64,000 bases of DNA from Octopus sinensis (GCF_006345805.1 NC_043011.1:30764464-30828463); one strand, 5' to 3'. Shown: positions 1 to 13,339, numbered from the stretch's first letter. The notes: a model not told the origin generated them from the sequence alone. Numbers and translations: made by a program.

Positions 1-49
1 CCCACAGCTTCCAAGAGTACAACTATTCGTCTTTGCTTAGATAAAATGA

Positions 50-510
50 CAAAATTGTGGGTGTTAAGTCCCCATGAAGGGGTCTTTCTAACTTGTAAGA
101 AGATGAAATTTTATAAATATTACTTCATTTGTATCTAATATCTATGGCTAAAATTTCATCAAAAGCATAAATATATGAATTGTCATGGGAGTTGTGGCCC
201 TTATGCATAGAATATAATTTCCAAATTTCGTAAAGTACTTTTGACTTAGTTTAGGATCATAAAAGAAATTACAAAAATTTGGGAGTTAAGGCCCTCATTA
301 GGGCGTATTAGAATCCTCATGTGAAATGGAAACTTTGAGAATACTTCTTGATGTGTGTCAATTACCCATGGTTGAAATTTCATCAACATCGAAAATTTAT
401 GAATTTCCATGGGAGGTTCTGCCCCTTTAAGTCATCTGAAATTCAAACCAAACATATTGCATTATACCCGCCCTTATGCATTGAATCTAAGTTTCAAATA
501 TCATAAGGAT
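50..510. repeat. Degenerate tandem sub-repeats (about 225-270 bp period), probably internal to a non-autonomous DNA element
   Basis: AAAATT.TGGG.GTTAAG.CCC...AAATTTCATCAA...TATGAATT..CATGGGAG occurs at ~51-195 and ~274-420. GCCCTTATGCAT.GAAT.TAA occurs at ~197 and ~470. Confidence 0.5.
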
Positions 511-963
511 CGATTCAGTAATTTTGGTCCATAATATTGTATAAAACACACAGCATTACCCTTCTCCCTAGGCTTCGATTTTGTGTCCCAAACACACAGA
601 CACAGATCTTTCACCTCACAGCTGTCAGTTTTCTGACATCTACCCATCCACAAACACAATCACGCATTCAGACACACACATACACACATTAAGACAGTTA
701 TATACAGTCACACACACAGGCACTCATTCACAAAAGAAATCATTTAAACCCACCATTCTTTTGACCTGCACTCTCTCACCTTACTATTTTTATGCCTCCC
801 TCCTCCTACTTCGTTTGAACTCTTGAACCTTTAGAAACTTCTAGATTCTTCTACATTCAGCCACTCTGTCGTCACTCATTATAAAGAGACACTCATTATC
901 GCCATGGGCTCCTTGAGAGCGGTCAGCTAAAAGTTTTTTGTGCATTTTGATGTCGACATAAGT

Positions 964-1060
964 TCCTTGATTTTCCTGATGAGAAATCTGCATAACGTAC
1001 TCCTTATTCCTTCGGAATTAGGAATATGCAGCCTTCGAAACATATGTCGAGAATAAAGGA
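964..1060 (+). ncRNA. Type I hammerhead ribozyme (Penelope/retrozyme-like), intact catalytic core
   Basis: Stem I is 964-975/1049-1060 (11 of 12 pairs including G-U). CUGAUGA is at 976-982. Stem II is 983-985/1034-1036 plus 988-994/1025-1031. GAAA is at 1037-1040, followed by a minimal palindromic stem III (ACAUAUGU) and a GUC cleavage triplet at 1046-1048. Confidence 0.85.
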
Positions 1061-1099
1061 TATTTGTTAACTAGTCGTTCAACTCCATTCTTTCATATA

Positions 1100-1102
<3 letters not shown>

Positions 1103-1155
<53 letters not shown>

Positions 1156-1161
1156 ATATAT
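1103..1161. repeat. (TA)n microsatellite
   Basis: Direct reading. Confidence 0.95.
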
Positions 1162-1318
1162 ACGGCGGGCTTCTTTCAGTTTCCGTCTATCAAATCCACT
1201 CACAAGGCTTTTGTCAGCTCGAGTCTACAATAGAATCCACTTTCCCAAGGTGCCACGCAGTGAGACTAAACTTGGAACCATTGAGAAGAAAGATTCTTAC
1301 CACACAGCCACGCCTGCG
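1162..1318 (-). mobile_element. Nin-domain tRNA-SINE, 5' half
   Basis: The reverse complement has a TGGCTGTGTGG A-box head and the GTGAGTGGATTTG.TAGACGGAAACTGAAAGAAGCC core shared by many copies in the window. Confidence 0.8.
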
Positions 1319-2854
1319 CTTATGTACTTTCTTTTTCAGCTCAGAGCTGCGGCCATGCTGATGCACCGCCGTTATGTATGTTTATTATGCAGAGTGTTTA
1401 TATATACTGTTGTTGCTTTGTGGTCAGGGTGACTTTGATGGGGAGAATTTGTGATCATAAACATTCCAACTATGATCTTTCTAAATTTTTAAGTCCACAT
1501 TGTCACAGACATTCTTTTACACCTTTTAAGGATAAATGGATGTTATTTGATAGAGATTTGAGAGCTATTTCTAACAGTTTGAGCAACATTTATAGAGATT
1601 CTCTTGTTTCTTTCTTATGTTAATATCCGTTAAAATGGGTGAAATGCGGTAGTGTGCTCACAGCACTTAGTAGCTGATGATTTATCGTCATAATGCATTT
1701 TCCTGTCGGAAGTCAGCATTCGATTATACAACAATCTGTCTCCAGCAAGTTAACACACTTAAAATATTCATAAAATATAAGTAGAAATTTAAGGTATCTC
1801 GTTTTGAATAGGACGCTGTAGTTGAGTTGAAATCCATATTAGCCTCTCACAAAAGTAACAACAGCACAGTTTCCTCTTTTCTCACGCTCGGCGAAAAACT
1901 TTAACCTACACACCCCTCAAAGTGAATGAACTTGGACTTTCCTACTGATTGCATTTTCGACAATTGCTAATCTCCAGTATATGGTTACTTGACTTATTGA
2001 AAACAACAAGACTGCAACAACAGATCACAGCCTACCGCATTAATACGGAAAGATCAAATTAAGTAGTGTAATTCAAGATTTCTTCTAGGATGTCGGGATG
2101 GTCTTGAATGGAAGACCATTGGGGACGGCCTATATGCGTAGTAGACTTTCCAACTTCAGCTATCATATAACAGGTAACTCTATTTTAATATATAGTAACC
2201 AAGGGAGGTAAACTCAATAAGGTCAGTTATCTCTCTTTGAAGACGGACAAACAGAGAAAAGGAGACTTATGGCATAATATTAATAGATACGAAATTCTCA
2301 TTGTTTCAACGAATAGAGATTTAAAAACAATTCAAATGAAGTCATAACATCACAGTTTAATTCCCCATTACTCTCTCTTTATAAGAATAATGCATAATTT
2401 TAAGACATATAAAGATGCAATGAGTACTTGACGCAGCAATCTCTGACCATCTCGCTTAGTAAGTTTACGTATATACACAGCATTGCCAAAACCGCATTAC
2501 AAAATTAAAACCTGCTCTTCTGGAAATTACATCAGCTCTGATCCCTCATTAGTTGCTGACGTTTTGCAAAGCACAAGAATAATTTACAGTAGAGTATTAT
2601 TCCCATATCTTCGGCATTGCTGTTCCTACTAATAAATCTCCTAAATCGCATACAAAAGAAAGCTATTTAGCTGTATTACAATAATTCACTCACCATCATG
2701 CTACCACTTCTCCTATACACACTTGTGGTTCTTCTCCTCGCTATCTTTTCTACTACTAATAACACGGCTTCTGTCCTCTAATTAAATTTTACTTAATAAA
2801 AAATATTGAATCCTGTGTGGTGCATCCACCTTTCCTCCCATGGCCAAACATATA

Positions 2855-4425
2855 TTTTTGGTTGGCAGAAAAATTCGTTTGTTTCTTTCTGATGTTTGAA
2901 CTAGCATGAAAAATATTTTTGTGGTAGTGTTTTGTTTTTGTTTTTGTTTTTGTAGCTCTGTTCTTCCTCTTCAACTTTTGTTTATCATTTTTGAAATTTG
3001 ATTAAATTTTACTTCTTTTCAGACATGATTATAGAGTGTTATATAGAAAACAATGAACATTTTCAACACCTGCTTCTCTTTGCTTTCAATCATGGTTCCA
3101 GAGCTGCAAAGCCGCTCGAGATATTTGTGCTTTGTATGAAGAAGGCGTTGTTACTGAAAAAACTACTCAGAAATGATTTTCACTCTTAAAGAATGAGAAA
3201 TTCGACCTCAAAGACTCTGCATTCCAGACGACTTGTTTAGTTCAATGAGGGTCGATTGATCGAATTCATTCACGAGGGTCCGTGCCAATCTACGAGGAAA
3301 CTGGCGCAGTAGATGAGATTCTCTTATAATGCCGTTGATCGTAACATTTACTTGATGGGTAAAGTCCAAAACCTCGATGCATGAGAGTCACACGCTCTTC
3401 TATCGGCACCATTTTACTCGCTCAAGGCCAGGCTACTTGTGAACACAAACAGAGATTTCTTTGCTGAGCGATGAAAATTAGTGATTTTCCTTCAGTATGA
3501 ATCAGAGGAAAGAATGGTTGCCCCTATAAGAAAGCAATACCTCGAGCAAAGTCGGAGCTGCATCCACAAAAGCCAATGATCTGCGTTTGGTGGGATTGAG
3601 AGGGGCTAATCTACTATGAAATGCTTCAAAATAATTACATGGTCAATGTAGAGCTTTGCGTTCAGCAAATGCACCTGCTCAATAAGCCAATCCAGCTGAA
3701 ACGATCAGACACTGACGACATAGCGTGCTTCAATACAGCAACACTCGCCCCCAAGTTGCTAATTTGACTGTGTATACTATACAAGTGCTTGGTTAGAGGA
3801 TTCTACCACAGCCACCGTATTCTCTTGATACAGATTCTTGAAATTATCACCTTTTCTGTCACTTTCCAACAGTCTATGAAGCGTCTCTTTCAATAACGCT
3901 ACGAAACTAAAAACGTGACTCGGTGAATTCTCGAAGTCTAGACGGTTGATTTCTACTGTCAAGGTATTGACAAACTTGTGGAACGTTGTCAAGAAGCCGT
4001 GAACAATGAAAGAAAATATATTTTTGAGCTGTCTGGGGAGAGTCATTTTCTTTTTGTGCCTTATAATGTAACACATTCGCCGGTAAAATTTCCACTTATT
4101 TCTTATTTTTATTTTCCTAAAATTTTCGTTGCGTCTTGCAACCTTTTAGGAAAATTTTAGGAAAATAAAAATAAGAAATAAGTGGAAATTTTACCGGTGA
4201 GTGTGTTAAATTATAAGGCACAAAAAGAAAATGACTCTCCCCAGACACAACAGAATATGCTTCAACACACGAACTCATATAAAGAATCTTGCAAACCAAA
4301 TCCAAAAACGAAATATTTTTGAGTTATTTCTGAAAATTGCTGATAAAAAATATAAGTAAAAGAGAAAATAAATGGCTTAAAACAATAGGGAAGTAGAAAC
4401 CAACGAATTTATTTGACAACACAAT
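2855..4425 (+). mobile_element. Decayed mariner transposon, interrupted by a palindromic insert
   Basis: Broken frames give ENNEHFQHLLLFAFN, ELHPQK.MICVWWD and GIDKLVERCQ motifs. Degenerate TIRs lie at ~2855-2885 and ~4397-4425. Confidence 0.75.
4030..4247. repeat. Long palindrome (about 98-bp inverted arms, 22-nt spacer)
   Basis: 4030-4127 is the near-perfect reverse complement of 4150-4247. Confidence 0.9.
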
Positions 4426-4816
4426 AGCTCATTCTAGTTCCAGAAACACAGATTATCACTGGAATTCTCTCGCTACTAACATTATAGTTACTAATCTATA
4501 TAAATGTAAGCTGAACGCTCAAAATACACCGTTTAACCAATCAGACACAGCTTGCAAAGAACACAAGCACTATCTCTCCTTCACGAACTAAATAACATGT
4601 CTGGTTTATTTGGCGAACAAAACATAGTGGAAATATTGAAAAAAAATATTCTAATTACAGCAGGTGTCAGAATTTCTCCGAATTTAATAAGTTTTGATTA
4701 AAAAAATTGTACCTTGCAGCAAATTGCTTTAATCACATCTAAAACAATACTTGGAAGGACAAGCAATACATAAATTAAACATGTATCTCCACACTTCAAT
4801 TCTCTCACTCATTGCC

Positions 4817-5401
4817 ATGTGTGTATGTGTGTGTATATGTTTACATATATAGTTATGTGTGTGCGCGTGTGTATATATGTGTGTGCGTGAGTGTGTGTGT
4901 GTATATATATATATGCATATATATACATATACATACATAAATATGTGTATGCACACATACATATGTACATATATACATGTGCATTTACGTACATATGCAT
5001 ACATATAAAGGTATAGACATGTACATATGTATGCACGCGCATATGTGTATGTATATACGATAAATATAGATGCATATATATATATATATATATATATAAT
5101 ACATAAACGTATATCCCTACATGTTTATACATGAATACATATATACATAAAATACGTGTGCGTGCGTGTGTATATGTGTTTAAATGCTTGTGTGTACGTG
5201 TATGTGTGTACCTTGTGTGTGTCTGTGAGTGTGCGCGTGCATATGTGTGTGTATGTGTGTGTGTGTATGTGTGTGTGTGTGGTGAAGCAAACAAGAAAAA
5301 CTGAACTCTAAACATGAGTATATATCTTATTAATATTTAGCAGAAGCAATGGAAACCTGGCCCACTTGAGTCACTTTGTTGCTTCTGTTATACACACACA
5401 C

Positions 5402-5435
<34 letters not shown>

Positions 5436-5437
5436 GC

Positions 5438-5514
<77 letters not shown>

Positions 5515-5520
5515 TATAAT
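4817..5520. repeat. Compound (GT)/(TA) microsatellite field
   Basis: Direct reading; accounts for the spurious HT/YI-rich ORFs. Confidence 0.9.
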
Positions 5521-5784
5521 ATTTAAATGGATGAATGAATTATCCTTTGTTTACCGTTAACATGGAAAATTCAATAAACAGTTACCAGGGTAGCAAAATT
5601 CACGCAAGTAACACGCATGAAGCGACCTATTCAAAGGTAGAAACTCCGGGTTAATGTGCAGTGATTTGTGTTGTATAAGTAAATAAATGGAGTTGAACGA
5701 AGATGTTATTAAAATTCTTTTACTTTCGACATATGTTTCGACGATGGTTACAGCTTGTGTATTATATATATATATACACACACA

Positions 5785-6149
5785 CGAGACCCTGCGACAA
5801 AAGTTGACCAAAATTGAAAGTATGATAGAAGAAGGTTTGTTCTTCATTCCGTAGAAGACAAAATTCAAATCAGACCATGTTAAGACCAAAAGTTATTTAC
5901 ATCAAAAAGGTGCTTTTTTTCTATGAAAATCCCTATTTTTTACGATTTTTTTGGCTGCTGTGTCACCATTTTTCGGTGTATTTCAACCAGAAAAATGTTC
6001 ACTTAAAGAGAAAACAAACTACACAATGCAAAACTTTTACTTTTCAAAAAAGATTGAAACTATGTCAAAACTTTGTTAACGCGACATCAAAGGCTGCCGT
6101 TTTAAGCGCAACTAAAAAACAACCCGAGCAAAGCCGGGCTATACAGCTA

Positions 6150-6150
<1 letters not shown>
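5785..6150 (+). mobile_element. Non-autonomous Helitron-like 3' end
   Basis: A subterminal hairpin CCCGAGCAAAGCCGGG (6123-6138) is followed ~8 nt later by a CTAG terminus at 6147-6150. Confidence 0.6.
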
Positions 6151-6219
<69 letters not shown>

Positions 6220-6340
6220 CAGAGATGTACTTGCATAGCAAGTGATTTGATCTGAGATCGTGTGCTGAAACGAAAACAATTGCAGCGTGGAAGGTGTTTT
6301 ATGTGTTTCTTAAATGGCTTACAAACACCTTCCACGCTGC

Positions 6341-6376
<36 letters not shown>

Positions 6377-6400
6377 TTACATACACATATATACATACAT

Positions 6401-6470
<70 letters not shown>

Positions 6471-6501
6471 ATATACATATATACATACATATATATATAT
6501 A

Positions 6502-6797
6502 TCACCGTGACCGACCAGACCATCAGAAGTTGCTACACATCGCTGGTCACAATGCGCTTCGCATTGTTTTAGCCTTCAAATGACGCTACCCCGCTGGCTA
6601 AGCGAGCAGGCCAACAGAAGAAAGAGTGAGAGTTGTGGCGAAAGAGTACAGCAGGGATCGCCACCACCCCCTGCCGGAACCTCGTGGAGCTTTTAAGTGT
6701 TTTCGCTCAATAAACACTCACAAGGCCCGGTCTGGGAATCGAAACCACGATCCTACGACCGCGAGTCCGCTGGCCAAACCACTGGGCCATTGCGCCT

Positions 6798-6800
<3 letters not shown>
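6502..6800 (-). mobile_element. tRNA-derived SINE (octopus OK/OR-like family)
   Basis: The reverse complement starts TGGAGGCGCAATGGCCCAGTGG (A box) ... GGTTTCGATTCCC (B box). Head and centre are shared with 38485-38870. Confidence 0.8.
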
Positions 6801-6879
<79 letters not shown>

Positions 6880-6937
6880 TATATTATATATATATATATA
6901 TATATATAATATATTATATATATATATATTATATATA

Positions 6938-6980
<43 letters not shown>

Positions 6981-6992
6981 ATATATATAATA
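6800..6992. repeat. (TA)n microsatellite
   Basis: Direct reading. Confidence 0.95.
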
Positions 6993-8169
6993 CTATGCAA
7001 TCTTCACTATAAGATTGAAATAGATATACCTACATATGATATTTTAGTATCTTCAGAATAAGATTTATATAGGTGTACACACAAGTAATTCTCTACTATC
7101 ACATTCATCACCGCCATCTTTCTGCCTGTTACATTTGATTCTCTCGACTACTGGTAATGGTTGCATAAAGGATAAAATGGAATTGGGGACTCTTCAGATT
7201 GGAATATTACAACAGTCTGGTTTCAGCAATTGGACTGCATACACACCAGGGCACTGCATTTAAGGGTTTAGTCAATGATATTGACTCCAGTACATAAATG
7301 ACAGTAAAGTTCAATTTCCAGTAGCTGTCCAGTTTGATCGCAGTCCAATGGCTAAAATTGATAAAACAGTACAGAGTATTTTCATTATGGAGCTGACGTT
7401 GGTTCGGCTTCGAAATGAAACCGTGCGCGGATCTTTTACGTCGTGAATATTAGAGAACTTTCTGATGCTACAACTGTTTCCATATTGAATAGTACCACGA
7501 CTTGGCAATTATATAAATTCAATCTATTTATGAGAAACGAAAGTGAAATTAAATATACAGTGCATAAGTAAACAAATCATTGCATGCTTACACGTATACA
7601 CACACATACAAACATACCTTGTGTGTGCGTGTGTATGTGTGTGTGTATGTGTGTGTGCATGTGTGTGTGTGTGCATGTGTGTGTATGTGTGTGCGCATGT
7701 GTGTGTATGTATGTGTGTTTACGTGTGTGTGTATATATATATATAATACACAAGCTGTAACCATCGCATTTAAATATTGAAATATAATTTGATATCGCTT
7801 CTATTATATAATATTTTAAACGTTCCTTTCTCTATTCTTCTCTATACTAAGAAATCGCATAAAAGGCATTAAATACTTGAATATTACCGAAATACAACAC
7901 GGCATTATTAATCTGTTGTGGGCTTTTAATTCAGACTTCTAGAATATCATGTTGCCGCAGGCTGACTTGTCAAAACGGAATTGTTTGTTACATGTAAAAC
8001 ATTTCAACACAATGTGTTTTGACCACTTCACTTCACATACACATGCACTTATATTTATTTGTATGCTTATATCTTCCATTTGTATATCTGATAATTTTGC
8101 ATCCCAGTCTTTGATATGCCTTTCAGGTGTAGATGAGGAGACGAAGCTACCACATATATGCTTTTTAAT

Positions 8170-9330
<1,161 letters not shown>

Positions 9331-9700
9331 TTTCATCGAACTAAACCAGAAGTTTATGAAAGGACAATCCAAGCATTTCAAAGGAAGAATGTGTTACTTC
9401 TTCAAGATGTTTCAACATTTTCTACAATATTTACGTTTGACATGGTTCTACATGTCAAATCTCCAATCTGCTTCCATTTCTACATGTCATGTTTCTACAT
9501 GTCATGTTTCTACATGTCAAGTGTTTGACATAGTTCATAAAAATTATACTCAGCCTTAAGTGAATTAGCATTTATACAACTACGATATTTAATACCGTTT
9601 CCTCGAAATTCTGAAAGATATCTTGTTGCACAACAAGTTATTCAACAGCCAAGTGGTAAGAGATAAACTAGTGGAAAGAGGATCTTTTCTATCTTTTCAT

Positions 9701-10119
9701 AGGCGTAGGAGTGGCTGTGTGGTAAATAGCTTGCTTACCAACCACATGGTTCCGGATTCAGTCCCATTGCGTGGCATCTTGGGCAAGTGTCTTCTACTAT
9801 AGCCTCCGGCCGACCAAAGCCTTGTGAGTGGATTTGGTAGACGGAAACTGAAAGAAGTCCGTCGTAAATATATGTTTATATGTATGTGTGTGTATATGTT
9901 TGTGTGTCTGTGTTTGTCGCCCCCCCCAACATCGCTTGACAACCGATGCTGGTGTGTTTACGTCCCCGTAACTTAGCGGTTAGCGGTTCGCCAAAAGAAA
10001 CCGATAAAATAAGTTTTAGGCTTACAAAGAATAAGTCCCAGGGTCGAATTGCTCGACTAAAGACAGTGCTCCAGCATGGCTACAATCAAATGACTAAAAC
10101 AAGTAAAAGAGTAAAAGAG
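9701..10119 (+). mobile_element. Full-length Nin-domain tRNA-SINE
   Basis: A/B box head, Nin core, internal (TA/TG) tract and a tail ending AAAAGAGTAAAAGAGT. Confidence 0.85.
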
Positions 10120-10832
10120 TATTGTTTTCTAATGATTATATAAATGAATGTTAGTCTGAGTACTGAAGATGTTTACAAGTTGTTTTATTGATATTTGGTC
10201 GTTGAAATGGTGTTTGGATCAGAATATTCAAGAAACCATCTTGAGCATAATCCTATGAACCCGGAAAAATTTAAAACAGAGAGTTACTTACTTGCAAATA
10301 AATGTGTCAGCATGTGACATTATTGACCGAGGTTACCGTGGTCTTTTCCGTAGGCTTTTCTTTCCACTGATAAACCTTATCTGCTTCCCTCTTTACACGA
10401 TCCCTATTGATCGTTTTTTTTTTACGATCCCTTTTGATCGAAAACCTACCCCCCTTTTATTTTTTAGTTTTATTTTTCTTTTCTTTCTTTCTTTTCTTTT
10501 TTTTTCTATCCCCAAAAAGAAAAGCTCTACTTTGTAATTTGTCCCCTCTGTGTTCAGCCCTGTGTGGCTAATAAAGAAACATATTACAAAGGAAAGTAAA
10601 AGCAACCCGTTACTAAGCCTATCATTTAAGCAAAATCGGAAAGTACCAGGGTATTAATGTTATAATGTGCATCCTCGTCCAATTATATGTTGTCGTCGGC
10701 ACTGTAATATTCTTGTCGCCACTATTATATTGTGGCGGTATTCCGTGTCTTGTTATCATTGACTCATCAATTGTGCTCTCGCTGATAGCTCCGCAAGACA
10801 ATGACTTTGAAACGTCTACCTTGACGGTAACT

Positions 10833-11062
10833 CGAGCTGACAGAATCGTTAGCACGCCGGGCGAAATGCGTAGCCGTATTTCGTCTGCCGTTACGTTCTG
10901 GGTTCAAATTCCGCCGAGGTCGACTTTGCCTTTCATCCTTTCGGGGTCAATTAAATAAGTACCAGTTACGCACTGGAGTCGATATAATCGACTTAATCCG
11001 TTTGTCTGCCTTTGTTTGTCCTCTCTGTGTTTAGCCCCTTGTGGGTAGTAAAGAAATAGGTA
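10833..11062 (+). mobile_element. MetaSINE-type element
   Basis: Meta-domain motif GGTCGACTTTGCCTTTCATCCTTTCGGGGTC.A.TAAATAAGTACC. Confidence 0.85.
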
Positions 11063-11427
11063 ACTCGAACTCGTATATATCACGTAAATGGTATTGACTT
11101 CAACTGAGAACTTGCACAACGACTCTACTACTACTACTACTACTACTGACCTCCAACAACGACTGACTGACTTTATAGCGGCTTCCCTTGCTACTTTGTC
11201 ACGCGAGAAGGAGTGTACCAATTTCACAACATCTCTCCTTTTAGTTTTTTTCTCTTTTTTCTTTGCGAAGCATGTAATTTTATTTTACTTTATTGCAGGT
11301 AGATGTTCATTAAGTTACTTGACATCATTTGCTTCTATGACGAAGTGCAACTGATGCACTCAGTTATAATCTTACTATGGAGAAAAGAATACTGAGATAC
11401 CCCAGGCCCATGATTTTGATTCTTCCG

Positions 11428-11974
11428 GTATATTTATACAAGCCCCATCGGTTACATATTTTTCTTCTTCTTTTTCTTCTTCTTGTCCTTCTTTTTCTTC
11501 TTCTTCTTCTTTTTCCTCTTCTTCTTCTTCTTCTTCTTCTTCTTTTCCTCTTCTTCTTCTTCTTCTTCTTCTTTTTCCTCCTCTTCCTCCTCCTCTTCCT
11601 CCTCCTCTTCCTCCTCGTACATGTCGTCGTCCTTGTCCTTGTTTTCTTCCTCGTCGTCGTCCCCCTCCTCTTGTATATTTATACAAGCCCCATCGGTTAC
11701 ATATTTTTTCTTCTTCTTTTTCTTCTTCTTTTCCTTCTTTTTCTTCTTCTTCTTTTTCTTCTTCTTTTTCCTCTTCTTCTTCTTCTTCGTCTTTTTCCTC
11801 TTCTTCTTCTTTTTCTTCTTCTTTTCCTCTTCTTCTTCTTCTTCTTCTTTTTCCTCCTCCTCCTCCTCCTCCTCCTCCTCTTCCTCCTCGTACATGTCGT
11901 CCTCCTTGTCCTTGTTTTCTTCCTCGTCGTCGTCCCCCTCCTCTTGTATATTTATACAAGCCCCATCGGTTACA
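11428..11974. repeat. Two (TTC/TCC)-rich inserts separated by three copies of a 29-bp direct repeat
   Basis: GTATATTTATACAAGCCCCATCGGTTACA starts at 11428, 11673 and 11946. The inserts are inverted copies of ~14643-14800. Confidence 0.9.
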
Positions 11975-12132
11975 CAGTCCACCCGTAGTGTGTCGCACAA
12001 GTAATGACAAGTCATTCGCCAAAGTCATTGTCAATTTACACTTGTATTCAGCTTCAGCTAGCCCATATACTATAGCATTGATATGTCGGCAGGTAAGCAC
12101 CAGCTGAGCCTGTCACTTCATCTCACGTCATA

Positions 12133-12462
12133 CGAGGGTGTGCTGAAAAGTTCCTGGTTTGGAGTGAAATAAAATACAGGAGGATCAGTTAATTATAATC
12201 TTATTCAAAATATTCACCTCTCAGATTGACACACATATTGCAGCGGTCTTTTATTCTTTTATTTCAGTCATATTTGACTGTGGCCATGCTGGAGCACCAC
12301 CTTTAGTGGAGCAATTCGACCCCGGGACTTATTCTTTGTAAGCCTAGTACTTATTCTATCGGTCTCTCTTGCCGAACTGCTAAGTTACGAGGACGTAAAC
12401 ACACCAGCATCAGTTGTCAGGCGATGTTGGGGGGACAAACACAGACACACAAACATACATAC

Positions 12463-12513
<51 letters not shown>

Positions 12514-13112
12514 AATTAAGGAGAGAACACGAAAAGTGGAGAGTCAACATGCTAGATACAGACGTCAAATCGCCATTCTCCACAAAGATTATATTTATAT
12601 ATAAATATTTTAATCTTCGGATTCTTTTTTAATATGCTAGACCACTGGTTTTAATTGATAAATATCAATTTCTACTAATTAATTTAAAGACTTGTTTTAT
12701 TTATATTTCCTGAGCGCCATACTAATACAATTGTTTGTTTGTATTCCACCTGCCTTCGTCTTTTGTTTATTTCCGTAAACCTGCCTCCGTCTTTTGTCTA
12801 TTTTCATAAAGCTTCCCGTTATATATATATATATATATACATATATACGATGTGCTTCTTTCAGTTTCCGTCAACCAAATCCACTCACAAGGCTTTGGTC
12901 GGCCCGAGGCTATAGTAGAAGACACCCGCCCAAGGTGCCACTCAGTGGGACTGAACCTGGAACCATGTGATTAAGAAGGAAGCTACTTACCATACAGCCA
13001 CTCCTGCGCCTCTCCAATTTTTCTAATCCCTGTAATAGAACTCAGAAGATTGGACCTTCAACCAGGCCTTTCACGACTCCCTTAAAGCCAGGAACTTTTC
13101 AGCACCCCGTCA
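12133..13112. mobile_element. Tc1/mariner-type MITE with a nested Nin-SINE (12262-13010, minus), itself interrupted by another repeat (~12510-12820)
   Basis: TIRs TA-CGAGGGTGTGCTGAAAAGTTCCTGG and CCAGGAACTTTTCAGCACCCC..-TA. The SINE halves flank the inner insert. Confidence 0.7.
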
Positions 13113-13339
13113 TATACACCTTTATATTCTGCCCCGTTTAAAGGAAACCACGTCAACCAGGACTCTCATATGCTCACAAATCAGTCCCGGCTTCTCTTGT
13201 AACATGTTTTTTTTTTATGTAGCATACCTTTCATAACATGTTTTCCATGTTTTCCGGGAGCCAGCACATGTCCAAAGACTTTTCTTCATTAAGCAAAGCT
13301 ACTAATAACAGATTAACTTGTGTCTCTTGAGGTATACTC

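Noticed and set aside
4729-7780. Many YI/HT/CV-rich ORFs here and at 29.5-30.6 kb, 43.1 kb and 56.7 kb
   Set aside because: Translations of (TA)n, (GT)n, (TAA)n and (TATG)n microsatellites.
9701-9780. tRNA-like A/B boxes here and in other SINE heads
   Set aside because: They do not fold as complete cloverleafs and continue into SINE bodies, so they are not tRNA genes.
10622-10830. IDESM motif suggesting a piggyBac remnant
   Set aside because: Only five residues match, with no other motif or TTAA-bounded TIR.
11375-12100. Long ORFs (241, 203, 187 and 173 aa) rich in E/K/G/R/L/F/S
   Set aside because: They are open only because of trinucleotide repeats in the inserted tracts. The flanking unique part looks at best like a decayed LINE RT remnant (LAND..CNRWGL..TGRIKIM).
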